From: a virus
IMG/VR virus record: IMGVR_UViG_3300021964_000017
DNA: 64,000 bases
Reading direction: 5' to 3' (one strand)
Positions 7,502 through 16,134 of the stretch are shown one piece after another. The notes beneath the pieces are model-generated. The model did no database searches. It saw only the letters and a program-made list of their open reading frames with translations, and was not told the DNA's origin. Position 1 is the stretch's first letter, and every line of letters begins with the position of its first letter. A program made the position numbers and the translations under genes.

Positions 7502-7717
7502 TTACACTCCTAAAATTCGACGTACGGTTGTCGGATCATCCGACATAACATTACCACCAGCATTCATATGCTCAACAATCTGCTCAAAGTAGAACTGAGC
7601 ATCAGACTCGTCCTCCATTAGCTGAGCAGCTGTACGAAAGAAGTTACGCAACTTCATATCCTGCATGCCATCGTTAGCTGCAGCCTTGTGTGTCTTACCT
7701 GATCGTTGATTACTCAT
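7502..7717 (-). CDS. hypothetical protein
   Basis: ORF track; coupled to upstream ORF, AGGAG RBS. Confidence 0.65.
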   Translation of the reverse strand: MSNQRSGKTHKAAANDGMQDMKLRNFFRTAAQLMEDESDAQFYFEQIVEHMNAGGNVMSDDPTTVRRILGV

Positions 7718-7920
7718 GATGTATACTCCTTACTAACTTCGCTTGCATCCCAAACATAGGGATGATACTTCAAATTATCAACAACGACAACATCGCTATC
7801 ACCAACCTCGGTCCAGACTCTATCATCCATCCACTTGTGGTAATAAGCAGGTCCACCCCAGACTCTTCGAGCCCGTTGGTAAGTTGCCTCATCCATTCCT
7901 ACGTAGTGCACGGTTCGCAA
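7714..7920 (-). CDS. hypothetical protein
   Basis: ORF track; overlaps neighbours. Confidence 0.6.
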   Translation of the reverse strand: MRTVHYVGMDEATYQRARRVWGGPAYYHKWMDDRVWTEVGDSDVVVVDNLKYHPYVWDASEVSKEYTS

Positions 7921-8108
7921 AAGTTTTCCTCCACAGACTTAATATGTTTACATTTCTTGAATGCGGGACAGTCACAATAGAAACCCCTGTCCGACAATTC
8001 AATATTATACATGTTATTCTTAGAACCAGCAACAGTCCATTTGAACCCTATTGCCCAATGACCTTTAGTGTTGATCTCATCAGACTTATGATAAAACTTA
8101 GACTTCAT
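7899..8108 (-). CDS. SWIM zinc-finger protein
   Basis: Y.IEL....FYCDCPAFKKCKHI. Confidence 0.75.
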   Translation of the reverse strand: MKSKFYHKSDEINTKGHWAIGFKWTVAGSKNNMYNIELSDRGFYCDCPAFKKCKHIKSVEENFCEPCTT

Positions 8109-8374
8109 TAGGCTGCTTGATCAGCCATGTTGTCATCAACTTCACCAAACTCGATATACTCTCTAACCAAGCCTTCGATAAAATCATCAAGGTCAAAATG
8201 CAATTCACCAAGATCTGCTTCTTTAACACCGATGTGTACATCAGCATCAACAAAGTTCCAATTAAAACCTTCCCAAGGATTGTTTTTGCAATCAGCATTT
8301 TCAGGGTTAGCTACAGCCTTACGGAAGATTGCGATTACTTTGTCTTCGATCATCATTTCGTTTGTATAAGCCAT
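8108..8374 (-). CDS. acidic hypothetical early protein
   Basis: Strong RBS (AAGGAG), first gene after promoter at 8399-8427. Confidence 0.7.
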   Translation of the reverse strand: MAYTNEMMIEDKVIAIFRKAVANPENADCKNNPWEGFNWNFVDADVHIGVKEADLGELHFDLDDFIEGLVREYIEFGEVDDNMADQAA

Positions 8375-8398
8375 TATAGTTCTCCTTTTGTTATATTA

Positions 8399-8427
8399 GT
8401 TATAACATATAAAAGAACAAAGGTCAA
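8399..8427 (-). promoter_or_regulatory. sigma70-like early promoter
   Basis: TTGACC-17 bp-TATAAC. Confidence 0.7.
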
Positions 8428-8436
8428 CAACTAAAT

Positions 8437-8670
8437 TTAACTTTTTTGATCATCTATTACATATGCCCCTTCAGGTAATTGAAAAGACTTCATTAGTTGA
8501 AGATACATTTCTGGGGATAATACAATAACGTCAAACCAATCTTTCTTTTCATTCCACTGGCGAATATAGCAAACTTCGTCATAGAGCAGAGCAGAGACAT
8601 CTTCATGATATCCCTCTCTGTCCATAATAGTCAGTAAAGTTTCGTCGTGATCAAACTCTACTGTAATCAT
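8437..8670 (-). CDS. hypothetical protein
   Basis: ORF track. Confidence 0.65.
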   Translation of the reverse strand: MITVEFDHDETLLTIMDREGYHEDVSALLYDEVCYIRQWNEKKDWFDVIVLSPEMYLQLMKSFQLPEGAYVIDDQKS

Positions 8671-8795
8671 TTGTTTCGACGCTGACGACGAAGTCGTGCA
8701 AATATGTTCTCTGTCCGTTGCCGAATTACAGAATTGATTCTTTTGCGTTTCAATCTAGCTGCAGTAGACTTTGCTAGTCTTATTGCTCTATCCAT
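8667..8795 (-). CDS. 42-aa highly basic protein (not in ORF track)
   Basis: MDRAIRLAKSTAARLKRKRINSVIRQRTENIFARLRRQRRNK*, fills gap with ATGA coupling. Confidence 0.55.
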   Translation of the reverse strand: MDRAIRLAKSTAARLKRKRINSVIRQRTENIFARLRRQRRNK

Positions 8796-9306
8796 ATTTT
8801 TTGTCATGTCCTTTACCATCACCATAATCTCCATCATACATGCTAAGAGTTTCTGCTTCGTAACTTAGATACTGACCAATACGAGTACCAGGCTTAATAC
8901 GCATTGGACCCACACCTACATGCATAACACCAGCCATCACACCAGAGTATCCAGCATCATACAAACCAGAGGTGAGGAACACGCCATTGCGGTTAAGAGT
9001 AGAACGTGTGATGACCCAACCTGCTTCACCACTTGCAACTGTCACTTTGTTTTCCATAATGACTTCATAGTCTCCTGGAATAAGATGATAGTATCCATCA
9101 GATCCAACATGCATCTCATCAGACCCACGATGAACTTTTTGATCTTCATCAATAATGAATTCGGTGCCCTTGATCTTGAAGATCTTACCTACACGTAAGT
9201 CAACAGCGTTCGGCTGAACATCTCCATCCTTAACAGCAGTTAAACTAGAATTGTTTTGCTTACTTGCAATATTAATCATGCTCATAGTTTGCGCTCTCCC
9301 ATGCAT
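8788..9306 (-). CDS. dCTP deaminase / trimeric dUTPase-fold protein
   Basis: QPNAVDLR, RSTLNRNG, GLYDAGYSG, GTRIGQ, YDGDYG; true start likely MINIAS. Confidence 0.8.
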   Translation of the reverse strand: MHGRAQTMSMINIASKQNNSSLTAVKDGDVQPNAVDLRVGKIFKIKGTEFIIDEDQKVHRGSDEMHVGSDGYYHLIPGDYEVIMENKVTVASGEAGWVITRSTLNRNGVFLTSGLYDAGYSGVMAGVMHVGVGPMRIKPGTRIGQYLSYEAETLSMYDGDYGDGKGHDKKYG

Positions 9307-9568
9307 TTAGAATATTATTAAAACCCATTATGACCCAATCATATGGTGTATCATATTGGAGGTCAACCCAATTGCGTAGCTCCTGCCACTGCTCTTCGGT
9401 TAGATCATCAGTATCATCTACCCCATAATGTTCTTGAACGGTATCCATTGCCCACTCGGTGAGAGTGTGCTCAATGTTATCAACCCACTTGTGTAGCTTT
9501 GGTACATCAAACTCAGACATTAGTTTCCTCCAGATCCAAAGCATGGCATAAGAATAGACTGTACGCAA
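9272..9568 (-). CDS. acidic hypothetical protein (likely start 9520)
   Basis: ORF track; GGAGG RBS before MSEFDV. Confidence 0.6.
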   Translation of the reverse strand: MRTVYSYAMLWIWRKLMSEFDVPKLHKWVDNIEHTLTEWAMDTVQEHYGVDDTDDLTEEQWQELRNWVDLQYDTPYDWVIMGFNNILNAWESANYEHD

Positions 9569-9705
9569 TTACTAGAATACGCTTCTGGGTCGATTGCAAA
9601 TGCTAAAAATAATGGGACTGCGCTAAGTATTAGGATGATCGTAAGAAACGATAGCGGAAGTCCTCGAAATAGTTTAGTAGACTTGCTCATGATTGTGCCT
9701 CCCAT
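9520..9705 (-). CDS. small membrane protein
   Basis: Hydrophobic segment. Confidence 0.55.
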   Translation of the reverse strand: MGGTIMSKSTKLFRGLPLSFLTIILILSAVPLFLAFAIDPEAYSSNCVQSILMPCFGSGGN

Positions 9706-9711
9706 TTACCT

Positions 9712-10032
9712 TCAACAACCCAAGAAGGGCGCGCGGCCCTCTCGGACAGCATCAAGTTCTGCTTCCTCTAGATCCAATGCATATAACATTAATACACAAT
9801 AGTGCATAGCCTTCATAATGTCCTTACGATTCTTACCACCTTTCTTACCGTACCGAGCAAGATACTTAATCGCTGTATCACGAGACGTAGTCTCCAGCGA
9901 ACCTAAGGAACGCCAGAAGTCTACAGTCTGAACATCACCATCACCAACATAGTGTTGGCCATACGTTCCATCAATATACTCTTGCAAAGCTGCCATAGCT
10001 TTGTCTTCATTATATTTGTATTTAATTGTCAT
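9712..10032 (-). CDS. DUF3310 / T7 gp1.7-like putative nucleotide kinase
   Basis: YKYNED...YIDGTYGQHY...AIKYLARYGKKGGKNRKDIMKAMHY; start MTIKY overlaps stop of dpdA-like gene. Confidence 0.7.
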   Translation of the reverse strand: MTIKYKYNEDKAMAALQEYIDGTYGQHYVGDGDVQTVDFWRSLGSLETTSRDTAIKYLARYGKKGGKNRKDIMKAMHYCVLMLYALDLEEAELDAVREGRAPFLGC

Positions 10033-10891
10033 AGTACACTCCTGAATCAGCTGGTAATTGATCATCGATATGCCGGCAATTATACATTGCTTTGGCAATC
10101 TTGGCAACGTCTGCTGAGTTGTGATCGAAATCTACCTCAATCTCATTCTTACCAGCAATCAATCCAGTTGGAGAATTATCAAATTGAATATCACACATAC
10201 CAGCCCACACAGCTGCAGAGCTATCCCAAGAGTCAATCGCCCACAGATACTCTTCCACTAGACTACATTCGTTAGGACCATCAACCATACCCAGGAAGTG
10301 AATCTTCTTATTGTTACCTTTGATTGCATCTAGGATACCACGCTCGTGGAGCTCACGCATAAACTTCCAACGAGACATGAATCGTTGTAGCTTATTGTCT
10401 TTTTCAACACCATACGCAATTGGGACGGCTAGAATAGAGACACCAATATAATCTACATGCTCGGACTGAGCTGCCCACTCGAACGCACGAATGAGATCTT
10501 CGAGGTCTCCCTCTTCCGATTGAGGAACAAAGAATGTTCCAAACCCAGCCTCTCGTAGCTCTGGCGCCATCTCAATAGCTTTATCAATAGTTACTTGAGA
10601 GGGTTGGCCTGGATAGTCGGACATCACAATGTAGTCAGCTCCGACTTTGGTTCCCATTTCAATTAGCTTATCGGATGGATACATTTCACGACCCTGCTTG
10701 TACATCTCGAAGGCAGAGTTATCCATAATGTTAACATAAGGACTAAGCCCACGAGACAAGTCGCGATCAGCATACCAACTGGCATACGTCTCGTCTTGCT
10801 CGATCAAGTGTGCTAATGTTAAGTGAAAAGGTCGACCTGCTGCAAACAAGTCTAAGTACGCGGTTGGCGTAATGTGCGCAAATTCAGTCAT
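10022..10891 (-). CDS. dpdA: TGT-fold 7-deazaguanine transglycosylase, DpdA family (divergent, DpdA3-like)
   Basis: IMDNSAFE (cf. DSGAF), IVMSD, VPQ, IHFLGM (HxLG), SWDSS motifs; context with folE/queD/queE. Confidence 0.75.
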   Translation of the reverse strand: MTEFAHITPTAYLDLFAAGRPFHLTLAHLIEQDETYASWYADRDLSRGLSPYVNIMDNSAFEMYKQGREMYPSDKLIEMGTKVGADYIVMSDYPGQPSQVTIDKAIEMAPELREAGFGTFFVPQSEEGDLEDLIRAFEWAAQSEHVDYIGVSILAVPIAYGVEKDNKLQRFMSRWKFMRELHERGILDAIKGNNKKIHFLGMVDGPNECSLVEEYLWAIDSWDSSAAVWAGMCDIQFDNSPTGLIAGKNEIEVDFDHNSADVAKIAKAMYNCRHIDDQLPADSGVYYDN

Positions 10892-10937
10892 GATATCTCC
10901 ATAGTTTAAGGTATAGGCAGATTAATCGTCTGCCTAT

Positions 10938-10966
10938 ATTATACTTCAAATCAGTTTAAAAGTCTA
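10938..10966 (-). promoter_or_regulatory. sigma70-like promoter for dpdA-like gene
   Basis: TAGACT-17 bp-TATAAT, followed by leader hairpin TAGGCAGA..TCTGCCTA. Confidence 0.65.
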
Positions 10967-11194
10967 CTGGGCTTGATGAATGTGATGAGGAGGAACTCGA
11001 TGTGCTGCTTTACCAGTTTCGACATGAGCATAAGACCGACCGCCCATTGACTTCATGCCTTTATAAGTACCAGTAACTTTTTCGCCTGTTCTCTGATGCG
11101 TGAAAGATACTTCTTTGCCCTTCATAGGCTTGAGTTTAGCCTTAGCGGCCTTAACTGCATCTTCCTGCAGTGAGTGGTTTTGAAATGATTGCAT
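10964..11194 (-). CDS. small basic late protein, candidate internal head protein
   Basis: Own late promoter; N-terminus MQSFQNHSLQE resembles the T4 capsid-targeting leader. Confidence 0.55.
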   Translation of the reverse strand: MQSFQNHSLQEDAVKAAKAKLKPMKGKEVSFTHQRTGEKVTGTYKGMKSMGGRSYAHVETGKAAHRVPPHHIHQAQ

Positions 11195-11231
11195 CTTTAA
11201 GATCCCATAAGATTAAGTGTATATACAGTCT

Positions 11232-11239
11232 TATTTATA
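11232..11239 (-). promoter_or_regulatory. late promoter TATAAATA
   Basis: Exact consensus. Confidence 0.65.
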
Positions 11240-11618
11240 CATCTTCATATCGCGAAACGGAACCGTTCTCACCATCTTCTGATACTTCTATTTCAATGGA
11301 TCGTCCAGGATACTTAGCATTGATAAGTTCTGCAAGCTCGTCTGAAACCATCTCACAAGATCTGTAGTCAAGTGTGAGTGTTCCGTCAGAATATAGACGC
11401 TCAAGCCAACGCTTAAACTGAATAAACTCAATGTCACGATCATCATGAAAAACCTCAATACCCACCCGAAAATGGAAAATGTGCCGATGAGGATAGCCCA
11501 GAAAGCTAACATCATCCCAACCACCAGTAGCAAGTTTAGGATCATCTAATGCTGCAGGATACTTATGTATCCCCTCCTTTTTGAATGTTACCCATATTTG
11601 ATTAAATACTTTTTTCAT
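11235..11618 (-). CDS. dpdL: T-fold QueD paralog, DpdL-like (putative CDG decarboxylase)
   Basis: LGYPHRHIF matches LxxxHRHxF signature; RDIEFI, SCEM, VSEDGENG T-fold motifs. Confidence 0.7.
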   Translation of the reverse strand: MKKVFNQIWVTFKKEGIHKYPAALDDPKLATGGWDDVSFLGYPHRHIFHFRVGIEVFHDDRDIEFIQFKRWLERLYSDGTLTLDYRSCEMVSDELAELINAKYPGRSIEIEVSEDGENGSVSRYEDV

Positions 11619-11947
11619 TAGCGAATTGCCTCGTATCGGTTACGTTTTACTGAATGTTCATAGGGGTTCATGTCGATATTATACTTTGGTCTTGTATAAC
11701 GAATCAACGCACCCTCTTCAATTTCAATTTGCTGTTTAGTGCATTCTTTAGGTTCTTGAGCCCAACGAACGGTCCAATCTTGACCAATGGTAATCAGAGC
11801 TTCTCGGAACAAGGTAGAACTATATCCCTTCTCCTTCCACTGTCTATGATTCTCTTCAAGACCACCTAAATACCATTTAGACGTTGATCCCTGATAGACC
11901 ACCTCATTTCCATCTAACCATTCATAGATTCCATACTTATACGCCAT
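11618..11947 (-). CDS. small GIY-YIG nuclease-domain protein
   Basis: YGIYEW....VVYQGST...EEGALIRYTRPKYN. Confidence 0.65.
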   Translation of the reverse strand: MAYKYGIYEWLDGNEVVYQGSTSKWYLGGLEENHRQWKEKGYSSTLFREALITIGQDWTVRWAQEPKECTKQQIEIEEGALIRYTRPKYNIDMNPYEHSVKRNRYEAIR

Positions 11948-12155
11948 AACCCTGGCCTTTCATAATAAAGTTATTCATAGCAAGAATCATACGATCTTTC
12001 TTCATGTAAGACAACTGATTAATCAATGTGTAATTGGGTGCGCGCGCATTTTCAATCAATGCTTTACAATACGCTTCACACTCATCGCGATCCATAGTTT
12101 GGATTGCAGAATAGAATTCAAGCTGCTGTTGTTCTTTGATCTTAGCGTTTTTCAT
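11937..12155 (-). CDS. hypothetical protein
   Basis: ORF track; TAATG-coupled. Confidence 0.6.
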   Translation of the reverse strand: MKNAKIKEQQQLEFYSAIQTMDRDECEAYCKALIENARAPNYTLINQLSYMKKDRMILAMNNFIMKGQGYGV

Positions 12156-12682
12156 TATATATAATAAATCCCATACTGTTTTTTTGCTTTGGTAGTATTC
12201 AGCTTCGGCATTTCAATTAACTCTACTCCCGCAGTTTCATACATTTCCTTCCAACAGTCAACGCCAAAAACGAAGTCCTTTTGAAAATGCTTCAATCGCA
12301 TATTCTCATCTGCTGTTGTGATGGTTGTTACTAGATTGGTGAACCACATATCAATATAATCCTGAAAGGATAATGTGTGTGGTAAACAGAGAATGTGCTC
12401 AGCAACATTCTTATGAGTGATGGGATGCTCGACAGCAGTTCTTTGACCGCCTACCGGTTTGATCCCTTTCTTTTTATTGATAATAGTTTCTAAAGCTGCT
12501 TTACTAACAAGGCCTGTCTTATTGCCTCGGAATCCTGCTTCTGTAAGCATACCTTCTATTTGCCTGCGGGCTCTTGACTTTTGAGTCTTTGATAAGCTAT
12601 TCCAGTTTTCTTTCACCTGGACATATACACCATATGCCAACTCGTAGTTAAATTTTACGTCTTCGAAAGTTATCTTCGCCAT
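12155..12682 (-). CDS. hypothetical protein, possible His-Me nuclease-like
   Basis: VEHPI...ITTADEN pattern; own early promoter. Confidence 0.5.
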   Translation of the reverse strand: MAKITFEDVKFNYELAYGVYVQVKENWNSLSKTQKSRARRQIEGMLTEAGFRGNKTGLVSKAALETIINKKKGIKPVGGQRTAVEHPITHKNVAEHILCLPHTLSFQDYIDMWFTNLVTTITTADENMRLKHFQKDFVFGVDCWKEMYETAGVELIEMPKLNTTKAKKQYGIYYI

Positions 12683-12713
12683 AGGTCACTACTCCATTTT
12701 TGATATACCTATA

Positions 12714-12742
12714 GGTATACCATACAGTCGAATAGAAGTCAA
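12714..12742 (-). promoter_or_regulatory. sigma70-like early promoter
   Basis: TTGACT-17 bp-TATACC. Confidence 0.6.
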
Positions 12743-12753
12743 CAGTTAATTAA

Positions 12754-13035
12754 TTAAACACCAAAACTTTCTCCACAACCACAGTTAGCGGTTGCGTTGG
12801 GGTTGATTACTTTAAGGTAGGACCCACCCAACTCTTTCACATAATCAATTGTGCATCCAAAGATAAACATCTCAGCCATAGGATCAAGCCATAGGTTGTC
12901 TATGGTAGGTTCTTTATCAGTAGTGCCCCACACATACTGAAAACCAGCACATCCCCCGCCTTTGACAGCGAGGGACACATTTGGATCACCAACTTCCAGC
13001 ATGTATTGCTTTGCTGATTCAGTTAAAGTAATCAT
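12754..13035 (-). CDS. iscA: A-type Fe-S cluster carrier (IscA/HesB family)
   Basis: ITLTESA, KGGGCAGFQY, NPNATANCGCGESF. Confidence 0.92.
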   Translation of the reverse strand: MITLTESAKQYMLEVGDPNVSLAVKGGGCAGFQYVWGTTDKEPTIDNLWLDPMAEMFIFGCTIDYVKELGGSYLKVINPNATANCGCGESFGV

Positions 13036-13232
13036 TTTAGATACTTGTTTACCATCTCTAGTAGATCATCATATTTAGCTACTTCATCGAGTTCTTTTTC
13101 AATCTCCTCAATGATATCACCATTGTTACCAACTCCAACTGGATTGTTAAGCAACACTTCTACATTTGCTAAGTGTTTATCAACATGACCCTTTGCATGT
13201 GATACGAAGCATTCTAATAGGCGTTCTTTCAT
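13032..13232 (-). CDS. hypothetical protein
   Basis: ORF track; ATGA-coupled. Confidence 0.7.
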   Translation of the reverse strand: MKERLLECFVSHAKGHVDKHLANVEVLLNNPVGVGNNGDIIEEIEKELDEVAKYDDLLEMVNKYLK

Positions 13233-13390
13233 TGATCTTCCTTCCGTTTATCTACAACTTCTTCCAACACACCTAGGACTTCTGCTAGGATAATGAATAC
13301 ACCACCCCATAGTAGGCTACCATAGATGAAAGCAGCACCAGCAACAAAGCGCAGGCCACTCTTAACAAAACTTACATTCATGTGATTCAT
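13229..13390 (-). CDS. 53-aa membrane protein (not in ORF track)
   Basis: MNHMNVSFVKSGLRFVAGAAFIYGSLLWGGVFIILAEVLGVLEEVVDKRKEDQ*; coupled to both neighbours. Confidence 0.7.
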   Translation of the reverse strand: MNHMNVSFVKSGLRFVAGAAFIYGSLLWGGVFIILAEVLGVLEEVVDKRKEDQ

Positions 13391-14100
13391 TATACACGAT
13401 TCCCCGCGAACTGTTGTTGCATTTTAATATAGTCAAGGAATTCATTCTTGACAGATGGATTAAAGAACTGACCACGCAGCTCACACGTTTGAGTCAATGA
13501 GCTATGAGCCATGATACCACGGTTCTCACAACATCCATGAGTCCCTTGAATATATACAGCCAAGTCTTTTGCGCCTGTATGTGCTGCAATCTCATTAGCA
13601 ATGTCTTGCGTAAGCTCTTCTTGCAGAGTCCCACGACGTGCACAGTGCTGAGCTATACGAGTGTATTTAGACAAACCAATTACTTTAACACTAGGAATCA
13701 GACCAATATATGCTACACCTGATACCGGCTGGTGGTGATGTGAACACATAGACTTAATCTCAGAACGTACAACAATCATACCACCATAACGAGTATCAAT
13801 ATCGTCGTTGGGGAATGCTGTAACAGATGGCTGAGGGTCATAACGACCAGCCATAGTCTCGTTTACATACATCTTAGCCAGACGACGAGCTGTACCCATA
13901 GAGTTAGGATCTTCATTCTGATCAATAATCAAAGAGCTAAGGACACCACGAAACTTCTCTTCGAGCTCATCAATAAGCTCCCATTTCTCTTCTTCACTAA
14001 TAAACTCCGCGATGTTGTCATTAGCCCAATAGCGAGCTCCTGCTTCATCAATGCGGTCCTTAATTACATCAGAAATGTTCATTTGTTTTCCTTTTACCAT
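13390..14100 (-). CDS. folE: GTP cyclohydrolase I
   Basis: TARRLAKMY, SMCSHH, IGLSKYTRI, LQEELT, HGCCENRGI. Confidence 0.93.
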   Translation of the reverse strand: MVKGKQMNISDVIKDRIDEAGARYWANDNIAEFISEEEKWELIDELEEKFRGVLSSLIIDQNEDPNSMGTARRLAKMYVNETMAGRYDPQPSVTAFPNDDIDTRYGGMIVVRSEIKSMCSHHHQPVSGVAYIGLIPSVKVIGLSKYTRIAQHCARRGTLQEELTQDIANEIAAHTGAKDLAVYIQGTHGCCENRGIMAHSSLTQTCELRGQFFNPSVKNEFLDYIKMQQQFAGNRV

Positions 14101-14101
14101 A

Positions 14102-14539
14102 TTAATCTTTCTCCCAAGGAAATACTATCCAACGATCGTCGCTCAAAGTCAACGCTGCAGTTGCTGGATGTGTAGTTTCGAGCTTCTGGACTAGAGAGAT
14201 AAACATTACATTGGATCGAGCTCCATGATATGCTTTACTAATCTCACTAAATGTACGCCCAGTATCATTGATATCATCCACAAAGACAACACGAGATCCT
14301 GTGTCAATCAATTGTTGAATGTAACTATTATGCTCACACTTATTGACGTCTCGCGTCTGCCATATAATCGTTTGCAGTGGTCGATCTAGGTGATGCGACA
14401 AGTGGAGAGCTGGAAGAAGACCTCCTCTTGTAATACCTACAATAACGTCAGGTTTAAACTTAGATACATCATGAACAAGATTCATGTTCATTGATTCTAC
14501 ATCATTGTAGTCCAAATAGATTTTATTTTTAAACTTCAT
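14102..14539 (-). CDS. type I phosphoribosyltransferase (Gpt/Hpt-like)
   Basis: VGITRGGL, PRPP-binding VFVDDINDTGRT, WIVFPWE. Confidence 0.88.
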   Translation of the reverse strand: MKFKNKIYLDYNDVESMNMNLVHDVSKFKPDVIVGITRGGLLPALHLSHHLDRPLQTIIWQTRDVNKCEHNSYIQQLIDTGSRVVFVDDINDTGRTFSEISKAYHGARSNVMFISLVQKLETTHPATAALTLSDDRWIVFPWEKD

Positions 14540-15480
14540 TATGTACCAATCGCATTACCAAAGAGATACACATGCATGCGACCAGATACGTTATAGCCAC
14601 GCTCAAATGCCATCTTAGCTACATCACCTGCTGTCTCTTCTTGCTCTTCGAGTCTGGCACCTGTTGGCATGATCCAGATTGGATACTTAACACCAGCATC
14701 ACGGAACAATGTTACAACTTCATCTAGCTCGTCCCATTGATCTTGCTCAGGTCCTACAACAAACTTTAGTTGACCTTTATCAGACACATCGTAGTACGAT
14801 TTAACAATCTCTGGCTTGATGGCTTTCTCACGTTTCTCGCCAGCTACAGTCCATAGCTTAGGTGATACAGAGAAGAATGCTTCTGGCTTAAACAGAGGTG
14901 ACTTAACCAGCTTAACAAAGTCATCTGATAGACGCTGTGTACCATTAGTCTCCCATGTAATCGACGAAGGTAGGTTCTCTGCAGCGTTATAAGACGTCTC
15001 TGCAATAGGTCCACCAGGCATAATAGTCAATGCATCGTAGATGTCAAGGAAAGCCATCTGAGATAGTTTCATCAAAGGCTCACCACCAGTAATACACAAA
15101 TGATTGTGATGACCAGACAAAGGATGACGGAACCAACCTTCTGGGTTGTGTTCATTCTTCATAATGTCTACGAGCTTCTGAGCCAACTCAGGTCCTGTAG
15201 CTTGACCCATCAAGTGCTTATACTTCTTAGACCAAGTATATGACGAGTCACACCCTTTCTCCCACACAGGAAGATCTTCAACACGTTCTACTTTAGATGC
15301 ATCAAACTCTGCATAAGGCAACTCGTATGTCTCAGGCTTAGTCGGAAACTTCTGACCGAAGCCATCACATTGTAAGTTACACAAGAAGAATCTTATCCAG
15401 GCAGTAGGGACACCAGTGTAGTGTCCCTCACCTTGAATCGAATGGAAGATTTCACTATACGTGTATTTCCTATCCGTCAT
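14539..15480 (-). CDS. queE: 7-carboxy-7-deazaguanine synthase (radical SAM)
   Basis: EIFHSIQGEG, CNLQC...CDS, ITGGEP, ETNGT, SVSPKL, RMHV. Confidence 0.9.
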   Translation of the reverse strand: MTDRKYTYSEIFHSIQGEGHYTGVPTAWIRFFLCNLQCDGFGQKFPTKPETYELPYAEFDASKVERVEDLPVWEKGCDSSYTWSKKYKHLMGQATGPELAQKLVDIMKNEHNPEGWFRHPLSGHHNHLCITGGEPLMKLSQMAFLDIYDALTIMPGGPIAETSYNAAENLPSSITWETNGTQRLSDDFVKLVKSPLFKPEAFFSVSPKLWTVAGEKREKAIKPEIVKSYYDVSDKGQLKFVVGPEQDQWDELDEVVTLFRDAGVKYPIWIMPTGARLEEQEETAGDVAKMAFERGYNVSGRMHVYLFGNAIGT

Positions 15481-15658
15481 GCGTCTTCGCCTTTTCTACA
15501 TTGTATCCATTACCATTAGGAAGCTCGGTCCAGATGATAGTATCACCTGGCTTCCAGTTCATAGTATCCAACAAATCGTCAGGAAACTCAAGGAATAATT
15601 CTCCACTTGAGTCTGCTTGAACAGTTAGAAACTTTTTATTGAGAATAGCTTTGACCAT
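15470..15658 (-). CDS. AbrB/MazE-like small protein
   Basis: GELFLEFPDDLLDTMNWKPGDTIIW. Confidence 0.6.
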   Translation of the reverse strand: MVKAILNKKFLTVQADSSGELFLEFPDDLLDTMNWKPGDTIIWTELPNGNGYNVEKAKTHDG

Positions 15659-15666
15659 AATAACTC

Positions 15667-16134
15667 CTAAGCATTGTATGCAATGCCACTAGTGGCATTA
15701 TAGATGGCGCTATTGGCTCCATGCTCTGCACATTCCACAGAGACAACCCAACAACGATTATCTGTCATTTCTCTTACTAATTTATCTGCAAAGTTGTATG
15801 CATGCTTAGCAAACATCTCTACACCCACACCATCTAGAATCGTAAGCTCGGCTAGTCCATTACTTGCTAGAAACTCAAACTTAGGAAGATGAGGATCTGT
15901 GCTATCCAATACTACCTTATGATCGAATGTATCTTCAAGCCAGGCTTTCAGAGGTTTCAACCCACCAAAGTCTACTACCCAATTGCGTTCATCCAGCTCA
16001 GCAGCTTGGAATGTAAACTTGAATGCTAGTGAATATCCATGCAAGAACTTGCAATGTGAATGAGCGTTTGGTTGTCTAAAACAAGCGCTGAGGCCAATAT
16101 TATGGCCATATGTTTTTGTACTACAATAAGGCAC
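15667..16134 (-). CDS. queD: 6-carboxy-tetrahydropterin synthase
   Basis: HCKFLHGY, WVVDFGGLK, FDHK, VECAEH. Confidence 0.9.
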   Translation of the reverse strand: MPYCSTKTYGHNIGLSACFRQPNAHSHCKFLHGYSLAFKFTFQAAELDERNWVVDFGGLKPLKAWLEDTFDHKVVLDSTDPHLPKFEFLASNGLAELTILDGVGVEMFAKHAYNFADKLVREMTDNRCWVVSVECAEHGANSAIYNATSGIAYNA

